A stretch of DNA of 64,000 nucleotides from an uncultured Gammaproteobacteria bacterium (GTDB lineage Bacteria; Patescibacteriota; Patescibacteriia; Magasanikbacterales; UBA922), in assembly GCA_964394405.1 (NCBI GenBank), contig CAYMVY010000002.1, positions 128,092 through 192,091 of the forward strand, read 5' to 3'. The position numbers and the translations under genes are program-made. Shown one piece after another: positions 28,038 through 37,920 of this stretch (positions are counted from its first letter, which is position 1; each line of letters begins with the position of its first letter). Under the pieces are notes generated by a model. The model was not told the DNA's origin. It saw only the letters and a program-made list of their open reading frames with translations, and made no database searches.

Positions 28038-29570
28038 TCATTCTTTCTCCAATCTCGGAAACACTGGATCACCCTTCTTAATTTCCTGTCCTGCTTCCAG
28101 ATTCCCCCATTTCGTAATTTCAGATAACACTAATTTTGTATGTTCAACACCGAGTGATGTGAGAATTTTTTCTGCAGCGGATGGAATTAATGGAAGCAAA
28201 GAAACTCCAAGATGGAATAGTCCTTCTGAGATCTGATAGAGATGTCCCGTAATATCTTCTCCTGCTTTTGCTTTTTCCCATGGTTTGTACGAAGAAATTG
28301 CCGTGTCAATTTGCGTCGTCAATTTATTGATATGCTGGATCACTTCATCAAACGAATAGTTTTCAAATGAAGCAATGTATTCTTTCCAAAATGTTTCTAC
28401 ACCAAAAATATCCTCTGAATTTTTTTCAGGAATTTTGTTCTCAGTATATTTCTCAAGCATGGTGAGAATTCGGTGCGTCAAATTTCCGATTCCATTTGCA
28501 AGGTGGGCTGTATAGAATTCTTCAAATCTAATTTTTGAGTAATCCCCGTCTTGTGCTGCAGGAATTGCACCGAGGAGATAATAGCGAGTCGCATCTACTC
28601 CGTATTTTTCTACGACTTCTCCTGGATCAATCACATTACCGAGAGATTTACTTATTTTTTCTCCTTCGACCGTCACATATCCATGAATGAATATTTCAGT
28701 TGGCAATGGAACTCCAGCTGAGAGTAAGAATGCTGGCCAGTAGAGTACATGAAATTTGCCAATTCCTTTTCCTATTACATGCGCCACTTGTCTATCTTTT
28801 TCTTGTACCCAATATGCGTCATACTTCTTTTCATCGCCACCATACCCAAGCGCAGTAATATAATTTGATAATGCGTCTACCCATACGTACATGATCTGCG
28901 ATTCATCACCTGGGACTGGTACTCCCCAGCCATGCGCACGTTCAATCGAGCGTGAAATACTAAAATCTTCGAGTCCGCGATCAATAAATGCTAGCCATTC
29001 GTTCTTGCGAGCTTCTGGATAAATTTTGATTACGTTTTTTTCAACTAACTCTCGAAGTTGTTTTGAATAGTTACCCAGTTTAAAAAAATAATTTTCTTCT
29101 TCCACAATTTCAACTGGTTTTTTGTGTTCAGGACATAATGTTCCATCGATCAGCTCTTCTTCGGTGTAAAAAGCTTCACACCCAACACAATACAATCCCT
29201 TATATTCCTTTTTGTATACGTCTTCTGGTTTGAATGCTTCCCACAATTTTTTTGCTCCATCAAAATGTCGTTTTTCAGTGGTTCGAATAAAATCATCGTA
29301 CGAAATATCAAGTACTGTTTTAAATTTCTTAAAATGTTCTGCATTATCTGCCACAAATTTCTCAACTGTTTCTCCTGCTTTTTCTGCAGCTTGCACATTT
29401 TTCAGTGAGTTTTCATCAGTACCAGTCAAAAAAAACACATCCCGACCATTCAATCGTTCGAATCTTGCTCTGGCATCCGTTTGTACGTACTCAAGAGCAT
29501 GCCCAATGTGAGGTTTGGCATTTACGTATGGAATTGCGGTTGAAATGTAAAATGGTTTGTTTTTTTTCAT
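28038..29570 (-). CDS. metG: Methionyl-tRNA synthetase (short form)
   Basis: HIGH motif PHIGHALEY and KMSKS motif KISKSLGN. Start set at MKKNKPFY because the longer ORF-track start reads through the upstream repeat element. Confidence 0.9.
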   Translation of the reverse strand: MKKNKPFYISTAIPYVNAKPHIGHALEYVQTDARARFERLNGRDVFFLTGTDENSLKNVQAAEKAGETVEKFVADNAEHFKKFKTVLDISYDDFIRTTEKRHFDGAKKLWEAFKPEDVYKKEYKGLYCVGCEAFYTEEELIDGTLCPEHKKPVEIVEEENYFFKLGNYSKQLRELVEKNVIKIYPEARKNEWLAFIDRGLEDFSISRSIERAHGWGVPVPGDESQIMYVWVDALSNYITALGYGGDEKKYDAYWVQEKDRQVAHVIGKGIGKFHVLYWPAFLLSAGVPLPTEIFIHGYVTVEGEKISKSLGNVIDPGEVVEKYGVDATRYYLLGAIPAAQDGDYSKIRFEEFYTAHLANGIGNLTHRILTMLEKYTENKIPEKNSEDIFGVETFWKEYIASFENYSFDEVIQHINKLTTQIDTAISSYKPWEKAKAGEDITGHLYQISEGLFHLGVSLLPLIPSAAEKILTSLGVEHTKLVLSEITKWGNLEAGQEIKKGDPVFPRLEKE

Positions 29571-29578
29571 AGGTCTAG

Positions 29579-29645
29579 TTAATAGCACACAGATTACCAG
29601 GATTTCCATGATAATCCGGGTAATCATGGCAATCTGTGTTCCATT
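29579..29645. repeat. About 70-nt palindromic intergenic element, copy 2, in the metG 5' leader
   Basis: ttaatagcacacagat...atctgtgttccatt with a nested hairpin ccatgat aatccgggta atcatgg. Homologous to 5867-5936. Confidence 0.5.
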
Positions 29646-29657
29646 GACGAAAAAATA

Positions 29658-30338
29658 TTACCTCTGCCCTCGCACTACCACCACAAACTCCCCTTTTTCT
29701 GAAATATCCATATCTTTAATTTCTTCAATCGTTCCACTATACGTTGTTTCAAATTTTTTGGTAAGTTCACGACATAATACGACCTGTCTTATGCTTTCAA
29801 GGACCTCAGCGAGTTCATCAATACATTTTTTGATCCTATGATTCGATTCGTAGAATACTACCGTGTATTCTGAATTTTTAACTTCCTCAAAAAAAGATTT
29901 TCTTCCTTTCTTGTGCGGAGGAAAACCGAGGAACAAAAATTTATCTGTCGGAAAACCTGATATTGAAAGAGCTGAAATTACGGCACTTGCGCCTGGAATT
30001 GGAATAATCAGGCATTCCGGCAAACGTTCTCGAACGTTTGCTACAAGAATATTCCCTGGATCGCTTATCCCTGGAGTTCCGGCGTCTGATACACAGGCAA
30101 GAGTCTTACCACTTCTCAAAAGCTCAATAATTTCATTAATCACCGTATCAGTGGAATGATGATGATAGCTTTTTGTTACTTTTTTCAAATTATACCTGGT
30201 AAGTAGATTCGCAGTCACACGAGTATCTTCGCACAAAATCACATCCACCGCAGAAAGTACTTCAAGAGCGCGACTTGAGATGTCAGATAGATTTCCGATG
30301 GGGGTTGCCACTATATAGAGTATTCCAGTTTTTTCCAT
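29658..30338 (-). CDS. rsmI: 16S rRNA (cytidine1402-2'-O)-methyltransferase RsmI
   Basis: Tetrapyrrole-methylase fold with IVATPIGNLSDIS and CEDTR motifs. Start set at MEKTGILY. Confidence 0.85.
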   Translation of the reverse strand: MEKTGILYIVATPIGNLSDISSRALEVLSAVDVILCEDTRVTANLLTRYNLKKVTKSYHHHSTDTVINEIIELLRSGKTLACVSDAGTPGISDPGNILVANVRERLPECLIIPIPGASAVISALSISGFPTDKFLFLGFPPHKKGRKSFFEEVKNSEYTVVFYESNHRIKKCIDELAEVLESIRQVVLCRELTKKFETTYSGTIEEIKDMDISEKGEFVVVVRGQR

Positions 30339-30408
30339 AGTATAAAGTATCCACATCGTAGCAGAAAAATGGCTGCATGTAAACAAATATGTGTCATAAA
30401 AACAGAAT

Positions 30409-30430
30409 GCCCCCGTACGAATACGGGGGC
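30409..30430 (-). terminator. GC-rich hairpin terminator of island B (gcccccgta cgaa tacgggggc)
   Basis: Perfect 9-bp G/C stem, lying downstream of the 30442-31011 ORF on the minus strand. Confidence 0.45.
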
Positions 30431-30441
30431 CCAAGCAAAGA

Positions 30442-31011
30442 TCAGTAGTCGCAAGACCCCTCCGTCCTCACGGCGATAAAACGGGTGTTGTCCTGCCATT
30501 CGTCCGTAGTCTTCATGAGCACGAGCTTGCGGGTGGCGAGCCTATCATTCATCACATCGAGGCAGGGTGTCATGGATTCCCCTTCTACCACGATGGTCAC
30601 GGTCCCGAGAGACACGATCGGTCCAGCCCAGACGTAGGATCGCGGGTATTGTTCCGCGAATGAGAGCAGATGTATGAGCTCACCTGGTTCGAGGCATCGT
30701 TCATGGATTTCGAGAAGGGCCTCCTCGGTGGTGACGCTTCGGCCGAAGTAGACGAACGTGAGGTCGACCGAGTAGATCTCATGACCTTCACTCGGGAAGT
30801 GCTCGCTCGTGAAGTACTCTTCCGATTCGACGTAGGCTCCGATCCGCTCGACCCTCTCCTCGACCTCGATGCTCTCGTCGATGTGAGTAGGACAGAACGC
30901 ACCATCCATGCAGTGGGTCATGTGAAACGGACGGAAGCTCTCGCTTTCGCACGAGATGTTCGAGAACGAAGATGTTAGAGCACATATCGCGATGAAAAGA
31001 ACTCGAGGCAT
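30442..31011 (-). CDS. Hypothetical secreted Cys-rich acidic protein of high-GC island B
   Basis: 189 aa. Signal-peptide-like MPRVLFIAICALTSSFS, six further Cys, GC3-rich codons. AGGAGAAGGAGA sits 6 nt before the ATG. Overlapping frames are Arg/Ser-rich artefacts. Confidence 0.5.
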   Translation of the reverse strand: MPRVLFIAICALTSSFSNISCESESFRPFHMTHCMDGAFCPTHIDESIEVEERVERIGAYVESEEYFTSEHFPSEGHEIYSVDLTFVYFGRSVTTEEALLEIHERCLEPGELIHLLSFAEQYPRSYVWAGPIVSLGTVTIVVEGESMTPCLDVMNDRLATRKLVLMKTTDEWQDNTRFIAVRTEGSCDY

Positions 31012-31181
31012 TGTCTTTCTCCTTCTCCTACAGTTGCGCCCTTAATCGACACACCGTATGCGGAACAAGGGCTAGACACTGATTCTACGCTAATCTATCT
31101 ATTCACTATTGTCAAATTTTTACAACTGGAACACATCTACTATTTTTGTTATACTACCTTATGTTCATAATTAAAACTCTT

Positions 31182-33470
31182 ATGCAATTATATAAAAAGG
31201 CTTTTTTAGTTTTTATTTCGATTGTTCTCACGCTCCCGAGTTCACTCTCTGCTGCCACTTTTGATCCTAATTTTCTCATTAGTGATGAAGAGCTGCAGAA
31301 CTGGCAGAGTATGAATCGTGAAGACATACAGGCATTCCTGAACGATAAGGGCGGGTATATTGCGACATGGGCTGGTCCTGATAAGGATGGTGTCAACCGT
31401 CCAGTATCAGATATTATTCATCGAGCAGCAGTAGACAACAAAATTAACCCTAAATACTTGTTGGTAAAGCTCCAGAAAGAGCAGAGTCTCATCACCGAAG
31501 ACAGTCCTACTCAGAAGCAGCTTGACTGGGCAACCGGGTATGGCGTGTGTGACAGCTGCTCAATGGATGACCCCAATATTCAAAAACACAGAGGATTTGG
31601 AGTTCAGGTGGATAGTGCCGCAGGCATCATGCGTTGGTATTATGAAAATGTGCATTCACAAGGATGGATAAAAAAACCTGCGACCGCGTATCTTATTGAC
31701 AGCACACCAGTGACCCCGGCAAATTTTGCTACCGCTTTTCTCTACACATACACTCCGCATATTCACGGGAATTTGAATTTTTGGAAATTATGGCAAGAAT
31801 GGTTTGATCAGGTGTATCCTGATGGTTCTCTTATTAAGACTGCGAATTCTCCAGATGTATATCTTATCCAGGACGGTGAGAAGAGAAAATTTACAAGCCT
31901 GACTGCGCTTGCCACACGTTTTAACCCGAAGTTGATTCTCACAGTTCCCGAGAGTGAATTATCCAGATATGCTGAGGGAAAAAATATTTCTCTTCCCAAC
32001 TACTCTATTGTTTTTGATGGATCCACCTATTATCTCCTCGACTATGATTTCAAACATCGATTTGCAAGTGCTGAGACAGTAAGGCAAATCGGCTACAACC
32101 CTGATGAAATAATCAATGTTGAGCCAGGTGACCTCAATTCCTACATTCAGGGAAATATCATCGAGAGTAATACCACCTCCCCTCTCGGGCGTATTATTGA
32201 AGTTAGAGAATCAAAAAATCAATACTTTGTGGAGGCGGGTGTGATGCATCCCCTATTCGATCCTGCACTTATAAAGATAAATTTTCCTCACTTAAGTCTT
32301 GAAAAAGTTTCTTCTGGTGAATTTAGTTCCCTTGGACTTACATTTGGAGACCCTATCCTTCCCAAAGATGGTACTGTCCTTGGTGTGAAGGGGTACAATG
32401 AAATCTACGTCATGGAGAAAGGAAAAAAACGTCATATCGCAAGTGAGGCTGTGTTCAATGGACTTGGCTACTCATGGAGTAATATTGTATGGGTTAATGA
32501 GTATTTGGGTACTGCCATAGAAACTGCCGAACCGATATACCTCAAATCCAGTCCTTCTTCATCATCTTCACAATTTACTAGCTCACCTGCTAATCAGACC
32601 TCTAAGATTGATACACCCACGTCTCCCTCAACACCTGTCACCAAAAAACCAATTGATTACTTAGTCAGAACACCTGCTGATAAGATTTCTTTTGTCGGAG
32701 AAAAATTTGAAACCCCAATTGAATCATACATAGTTGCTGACTATGAAACAGGTACAATCGTCTCGGGGAAAAATATTGATACTATTCGTCCTCTTGCCTC
32801 ACTCTCAAAATTAATGACCGCGCAAGTGCTCCTGGATAAAAAAATTTCTCTGACTGATTCAACTACCTATACAGCTGCATTACATAAATCAAACTATCAT
32901 AATTATACTATCGCCGAAGGAGATCAAATTCCCAACAAGTATCTCTTTTATTCCATGCTAGTTTCATCAAATAATACTGCGTCAGTCATGCTAGTTCGGA
33001 ATCTCGGATACGACATGAGTGGTTTTTCTTCACTTATGAATAGCAAAGCACAAGAGCTCGGGCTCCCTACTATGTCATTTGTCGAATCCTATGGATACGA
33101 CCCTCGAAACCAGGCAACACCTCGTGAAGTCCTCGCATTATTCCAAGAAGTGCTCAAAAATGATACTATAAAAAATAGTCTAGGTATGCCCACCCTCTCA
33201 TACGAGGAAATCATGAGCAATGATACCGTGGTCACACATACAGAGTCTCACAGTAATTCCCTATTAAAGCGAGCAAACCTACCCTACGCCATACTCGCGA
33301 GTAAGACTGGATTTCTCTATGAATCAGGGGCTAATCTTGCAATGTTAATCGAGAGAAAAAGTGACGGGAAAAAATTAATTGTACTCACAATGGGTAATCC
33401 TGACTTTGGCACTGACTCCAGATTCGATGAACCAGCACGACTCACTTCATGGGCTATACAAAATTTTTAA
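31182..33470 (+). CDS. Large secreted protein with C-terminal serine-type D-Ala-D-Ala carboxypeptidase (peptidase S11, PBP5/DacA-like) domain
   Basis: Signal peptide from MQLYKK. About 430-aa N-terminal domain of unknown function, Ser/Pro/Thr linker, then SxxK (ASLSKLM), S-N (VSSNN) and KTG (SKTGF) motifs. Confidence 0.75.
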   Translation: MQLYKKAFLVFISIVLTLPSSLSAATFDPNFLISDEELQNWQSMNREDIQAFLNDKGGYIATWAGPDKDGVNRPVSDIIHRAAVDNKINPKYLLVKLQKEQSLITEDSPTQKQLDWATGYGVCDSCSMDDPNIQKHRGFGVQVDSAAGIMRWYYENVHSQGWIKKPATAYLIDSTPVTPANFATAFLYTYTPHIHGNLNFWKLWQEWFDQVYPDGSLIKTANSPDVYLIQDGEKRKFTSLTALATRFNPKLILTVPESELSRYAEGKNISLPNYSIVFDGSTYYLLDYDFKHRFASAETVRQIGYNPDEIINVEPGDLNSYIQGNIIESNTTSPLGRIIEVRESKNQYFVEAGVMHPLFDPALIKINFPHLSLEKVSSGEFSSLGLTFGDPILPKDGTVLGVKGYNEIYVMEKGKKRHIASEAVFNGLGYSWSNIVWVNEYLGTAIETAEPIYLKSSPSSSSSQFTSSPANQTSKIDTPTSPSTPVTKKPIDYLVRTPADKISFVGEKFETPIESYIVADYETGTIVSGKNIDTIRPLASLSKLMTAQVLLDKKISLTDSTTYTAALHKSNYHNYTIAEGDQIPNKYLFYSMLVSSNNTASVMLVRNLGYDMSGFSSLMNSKAQELGLPTMSFVESYGYDPRNQATPREVLALFQEVLKNDTIKNSLGMPTLSYEEIMSNDTVVTHTESHSNSLLKRANLPYAILASKTGFLYESGANLAMLIERKSDGKKLIVLTMGNPDFGTDSRFDEPARLTSWAIQNF

Positions 33471-33480
33471 TACACTCGTT

Positions 33481-34275
33481 ATGCCTCTCGTATTTGCCGC
33501 AATCACACCTCACTCTCCTGTACTAATCCCGCAAATTGGGAAAAATGATCATCACAAAGCGCAAAAAACTCTTGAGGCACTTTCGACACTCGAAGAAAAT
33601 CTATATATTTCAAAGCCGCATGTTATTATTGTTTTTACTGCCCATGCGCAAGCTTTCCCCGATACATTTGTTGTGAATGCTCACACTAATTTTACCTCCT
33701 CATTTGAAGAATTTGGCGACCACTCACTACAGAATACCTACCTTGGTTCACCTGATTTTGCAGCCAAACTTTCCCACGGGGCTAGTCGCGAACATATCCC
33801 GCTACGACTAGTCAGTGAAAAACAACTTGATCACGGGTGCAGTGTTCCACTCTACTACCTCACCTCTCATCTTCCACAGATAAAGGTAGTACCTATTGGA
33901 CCCTCAGATCTCCCCCCTACCACACATCTGTCATTTGGCAATCTGATCAAAGAAATCTGTATGGACTCGGATAAACGAGTCGCTCTCATCGCTTCTGCAA
34001 ACCTCTCACACGGAATTACGACTGATTCTCCTGCTGGTTTTCGAGTGAATGGGCAGAAATTTGACAAGAGTATTATTGAACTTCTCGAGTCTCACAATAC
34101 GACGGGAATTGCCACACTTGACCCTGCACTTGTAAAAGACGCAGCAGAAACAGGTTATACCTCCATTCTACTTCTCCTCGGTGCCCTAAAAAATATCGAC
34201 TACGAATTCAAGCATCTTGCCTATGAAGCGCCATTTGGCGTAGGATACCTCACAGCCGAGTTTATCTTTTCATAA
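33481..34275 (+). CDS. LigB/MEMO1-superfamily (class III extradiol dioxygenase-like) protein
   Basis: About 264 aa from MPLVF. Motifs ITPHSP, LDHGCSVPL and SANLSHG resemble the DODA/YgiD/MEMO1 metal-binding His pattern. Confidence 0.5.
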   Translation: MPLVFAAITPHSPVLIPQIGKNDHHKAQKTLEALSTLEENLYISKPHVIIVFTAHAQAFPDTFVVNAHTNFTSSFEEFGDHSLQNTYLGSPDFAAKLSHGASREHIPLRLVSEKQLDHGCSVPLYYLTSHLPQIKVVPIGPSDLPPTTHLSFGNLIKEICMDSDKRVALIASANLSHGITTDSPAGFRVNGQKFDKSIIELLESHNTTGIATLDPALVKDAAETGYTSILLLLGALKNIDYEFKHLAYEAPFGVGYLTAEFIFS

Positions 34276-34281
34276 AAACAC

Positions 34282-36198
34282 ATGATTGCGTCAGTCGTGC
34301 CTCTCAAGCGCCTCCCGCGCTTTTCTTCAATTTTTGATTATGCAATTCCGCATACTCTTGAAAATGATGTACTACCAGGACAACTGGTAATCATTGAGTT
34401 TAGAAAGAAAAAAGAATTTGCCATTATTCTCCGGACATCGACCGAACACAGCACTGAATTTGCCTACAAACCTATAGACTCTATTGTTCATCCAATTCCA
34501 ATATTTTTAACAACACACCTACGTTTATTACAGCAGCTTTCAGTACTCTACGCCGTATCTCTCGCAACACTTTGCAAAACCTCGTTATTACCTTTGCAAA
34601 AACGAAAACTTACAAAAATAATACTTACTCCCGAGGCATTACTTCCGACCCATAGCACTACTCCATCCCAGTCTTATGTACTGTACCAAACTGAACAGGA
34701 GCACCGTGCACTATTTGGCAATCTTACCGAGTCCCACACTACACTAGTCCTCGTTCCTGAAGTTTCAAAACTTGCAGACATACACCGGTTTATAACAGAT
34801 ACTACTAATTCTCCAATTCTTATCTGGAGATCGGATCTTTCAATCAAGGAAAAATATGATCTTTGGCTCCGTGTACGGAATGCTACCGAACCTATTATTA
34901 TCATCGGAGCCCGAAGCGCTCTTACCCTGCCATTTAGAAGACTCGATCGAATTATCATGGATTTTGAGCACGATGAGCAGTATAAAAATTATGATCAACA
35001 GCCAAAATTTCACACTAAAGATATCGTCGCCCTTCTTGCGAACTTATACCAATGTCAAGTCACCTACTCCAGTTTTTCTCCGAGCTTTGACTGTTATTAT
35101 TCAATTGTAAAAAATTCCCTACCTTGTACCACAGGAAATCATACCTATCAGTCAGGACTTCTCTTTATCACAGATACTACATCCAACTCCATCCGGATTA
35201 TCGAACACACCCAGCAGACCCGCGAAGACCGTATATGTTCAATTGCTATTGAAGATTCTATTCGTGAAATTGCTCAAAAACAAGTCGGTGATGCGACCAT
35301 TCTTGTCCAGCGAAAAGGTTATGCGACTACGGTCATCTGCAAAGATTGCGGACACATTGAAGTCTCAAAGGAGTCAGGGGTGCCCATGATTTATCGAACA
35401 GAGACTCGTATGACGCACGCGCCCTACAGCGGAGAAAGGCGTCCACTACCACTGACCTGTAGTTCGTGCGGTTCGACCACACTTAGACTGCAAGGTATTG
35501 GTACTGAGAAGGTCGCCTCGTTTTTTTCTGATATTTTTAAGAAGGAAAACATCAACATGCCTATTTTTCGGATTGATGACAACACCGAGCATTCTACATT
35601 CGAAAAATTATCAGCAGATACTCCACGACTCTTGATTGGCACTGAGAAAATACTCTCATACATACGCCACGATAAAACTCAGGCATACGTTATTCTCGAT
35701 TTTGATCGTTTTCTTGCAATCCCTGAATACAATTCTTTTGAACATGCAGTACATCTCGTCGATGAGCTTAATTACTATCGAAGCCACAATTCCCAATTAT
35801 TACTCGAAGTCTCTTCGGGAGAAAAAAACTTCTTTAGACTGTTCAAAGAACGAGATCGTGTATACCGTACTGAACTTAGTCTACGACAACAGCTGGGTTA
35901 TCCTCCATATCAAAGTATGATAAAATATACCGTAGCATCTTTTTCTAGAGGAAGTGCTCAAACATTGGCACATAATCTCAGACAAGAGATTGCACTACGA
36001 TTGACAAATAGGGGTATTCCTGCTACACTCAGCGAAATTTACGAGACGCATCCTAATTTTGAAAAAATGAAATACTGGTGTGGAATATTGCTAAAAACAA
36101 ATTCTGAAAATGTTTTAAAAATAGCTGAAATAATCCATCCACATTTACCCAAAGAATGTATTGTCGACATACATCCTCTCTCTGTACTATCTCCTTAG
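34282..36198 (+). CDS. priA: Primosomal protein N' (PriA) homolog with degenerate helicase motifs
   Basis: 638 aa. PriA-like N-terminus, Cys4 zinc-ribbon insert (CKDCGH...CSSCGS) and C-terminal domain. No GKT/GKS anywhere. Motif II reads DFEH instead of DEEH. Conserved priA-def gene order. Confidence 0.65.
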   Translation: MIASVVPLKRLPRFSSIFDYAIPHTLENDVLPGQLVIIEFRKKKEFAIILRTSTEHSTEFAYKPIDSIVHPIPIFLTTHLRLLQQLSVLYAVSLATLCKTSLLPLQKRKLTKIILTPEALLPTHSTTPSQSYVLYQTEQEHRALFGNLTESHTTLVLVPEVSKLADIHRFITDTTNSPILIWRSDLSIKEKYDLWLRVRNATEPIIIIGARSALTLPFRRLDRIIMDFEHDEQYKNYDQQPKFHTKDIVALLANLYQCQVTYSSFSPSFDCYYSIVKNSLPCTTGNHTYQSGLLFITDTTSNSIRIIEHTQQTREDRICSIAIEDSIREIAQKQVGDATILVQRKGYATTVICKDCGHIEVSKESGVPMIYRTETRMTHAPYSGERRPLPLTCSSCGSTTLRLQGIGTEKVASFFSDIFKKENINMPIFRIDDNTEHSTFEKLSADTPRLLIGTEKILSYIRHDKTQAYVILDFDRFLAIPEYNSFEHAVHLVDELNYYRSHNSQLLLEVSSGEKNFFRLFKERDRVYRTELSLRQQLGYPPYQSMIKYTVASFSRGSAQTLAHNLRQEIALRLTNRGIPATLSEIYETHPNFEKMKYWCGILLKTNSENVLKIAEIIHPHLPKECIVDIHPLSVLSP

Positions 36199-36207
36199 CC
36201 TATCTAT

Positions 36208-36705
36208 ATGCTTCCCATTATTACTACTCCAAATAAAATTCTAGAGACACGGGCACGAGAACTCACTCCTGATGAAATTGATTCTCAGCCAATTCAGTCA
36301 TTGATTGATGCAATGATACCAACTATGTATTCGAATGAGGGTATTGGGCTTGCGGCACCGCAGGTAAATCATTCAGTGCGTGTATGTATCATAGGCAAAG
36401 GAGCAGTGAAGCTCGACCGCAAAACAACCCTCCCCCACGAAGATTTAGTTCTGATTAATCCGGTGTGGGAAAAGACCAGTAAAAAAACAAATAATGATCA
36501 GGAAGGCTGTCTCTCTATCCCTGGTATATATGGCACTGTCAAACGGTACTCACATATCCACGTTGAGGCACTTGATCGTCATGGTAAAAAACTATCATTT
36601 GAGGCACGAAATTTCTTTGCTCGAGTGATACAACACGAGGTCGACCACTTGGACGGAGTATTATTTACCACCAAGGCAAGCGATCTGAGACAAATAAAAA
36701 AATAA
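36208..36705 (+). CDS. def: Peptide deformylase
   Basis: 165 aa. Motifs GIGLAAPQV, EGCLSIPG and HEVDHLDG. Confidence 0.92.
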   Translation: MLPIITTPNKILETRARELTPDEIDSQPIQSLIDAMIPTMYSNEGIGLAAPQVNHSVRVCIIGKGAVKLDRKTTLPHEDLVLINPVWEKTSKKTNNDQEGCLSIPGIYGTVKRYSHIHVEALDRHGKKLSFEARNFFARVIQHEVDHLDGVLFTTKASDLRQIKK

Positions 36706-36812
36706 AAATTTCATGTGTACGTGTATTTTATTTTTCCGTATTCACCTATACTCCACAGTTTGCATACAATCAACACCCTAAAAAATCAGAGTAACAGTAC
36801 CCAATTTTAGGA

Positions 36813-36841
36813 TTGACTAATCGGTAATACTAGTATATACT
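36813..36841 (+). promoter_or_regulatory. Candidate promoter TTGACT-17-TATACT upstream of tRNA-Asn
   Basis: ttgactaatcggtaatactagtatatact read directly, about 18 nt before the tRNA 5' end. Confidence 0.3.
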
Positions 36842-36859
36842 GTACTCCAGACTTTATAT

Positions 36860-36931
36860 TCGGCGGTAGCTCAGTGGTAGAGCAATTGGCTGTTAACCAA
36901 TGGGTCCTGGGTTCGAGCCCCAGCCGCCGAG
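36860..36931 (+). tRNA. tRNA-Asn (anticodon GTT)
   Basis: Cloverleaf: acceptor TCGGCGG/CCGCCGA, D-arm GCTCAGTGGTAGAGC, anticodon loop CTGTTAA, T-arm GGGTTCGAGCCCC. No encoded CCA. Confidence 0.85.
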
Positions 36932-36994
36932 CACCTAAACTCGTACTAGAAATAGTCCGAGTTTTTTGTTATATTTTTATTATCACACACTCTT

Positions 36995-37297
36995 ATGATT
37001 AAAAAAACATACAAAATTAGAGTAACAGTATGGCTCTATCCCGGAGTAGCCGGTTGGCATTTTGTGACTTTACCCAAAAAACAAGCGCACGAAATACGAA
37101 AAAATTTTGGAGTAAGAAAAAGAGGGTGGGGGTCTATACCCATTACTGCTACAATACATAACACAAGCTGGAATACTTCCATATTTCCAGACAAAAAAAC
37201 TGATTCATACCTACTCCCACTCAAAGCTCAGGTCCGGAAAAAAGAGAAGATATACGCTAATCAAACAATAACTCTTACTATAACACTGAAGCAATAG
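36995..37297 (+). CDS. DUF1905-family small protein
   Basis: 100 aa. Pattern W.Y...P...KRG...W.TS...YLLPLK..VRK matches DUF1905 as I recall it. Confidence 0.5.
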   Translation: MIKKTYKIRVTVWLYPGVAGWHFVTLPKKQAHEIRKNFGVRKRGWGSIPITATIHNTSWNTSIFPDKKTDSYLLPLKAQVRKKEKIYANQTITLTITLKQ

Positions 37298-37344
37298 AAA
37301 AAACTCTCCCTAGGGAGAGTTTTTTGCCTCTAATATGTTCGAGA

Positions 37345-37920
37345 TTATTTACCAATTTTCAATGAGTTGAAGAAATTCTCAGACGCAACTTCTTTGCCTT
37401 CATCGTAGATATACACTACTGAATATAGCTTGTGTCCATCTAAAATATTTCTACCCTTAAACACATACTTCTGTTCAGGAAGATTAATTACATAATCGAT
37501 TGAAGGGAAGCCCTGATATTTTCCAACCTTGGTTGAAGCAATTTTACCCTCAATTGAAGCTTCGGTTCCACGGACTGTATTCAACAATACCCCCTCTGGA
37601 TTTGAGACATCAGAACTTTTGGGATATTCGGTGTACAATGCCTGCCAGACACTTCCATCTGCGGCGCGATACTGGTAGAGATTGGTCGGATACGTTTCAC
37701 CCTTGCTTGTAGTCATGGTTCCGGGAGTGTACTGAGGTGTTCCTTCAAAATAGATCGAAAAATTCCCCACATCAGAGGTGAAATTCTGGTTAGTAAGTTC
37801 TGTGGTACTATCTTCGCCCACTTCATCCGCTACATCAGGTGTCTCAACCGTGCTGCCCCACCAGATAAAGAGAATAAATAACACGAGAAGCACACCCAGC
37901 CCAATTAATACTTTTTTCAT
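37345..37920 (-). CDS. Hypothetical membrane-anchored secreted protein (paralog of 26040-26624)
   Basis: 191 aa. N-terminal TM, then YQYRAADGSVWQ, TEYP, YQGFPSIDY, FKGR, FFNSL. Confidence 0.5.
   Translation of the reverse strand: MKKVLIGLGVLLVLFILFIWWGSTVETPDVADEVGEDSTTELTNQNFTSDVGNFSIYFEGTPQYTPGTMTTSKGETYPTNLYQYRAADGSVWQALYTEYPKSSDVSNPEGVLLNTVRGTEASIEGKIASTKVGKYQGFPSIDYVINLPEQKYVFKGRNILDGHKLYSVVYIYDEGKEVASENFFNSLKIGK

Noticed and set aside
30597-30985. Several 60-100 aa ORFs overlapping island B on both strands
   Set aside because: Ser/Arg-rich artefacts of the high-GC segment. Only the 189-aa signal-peptide ORF has an SD and coherent composition.
36787-37031. 14-nt direct repeat (agagtaacagta) flanking tRNA-Asn, suggestive of an att-site duplication
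   Set aside because: Several 14-mer matches are expected by chance in 64 kb of AT-rich DNA. One copy lies inside a coding region and a third partial copy is at 12497. No integrase nearby.
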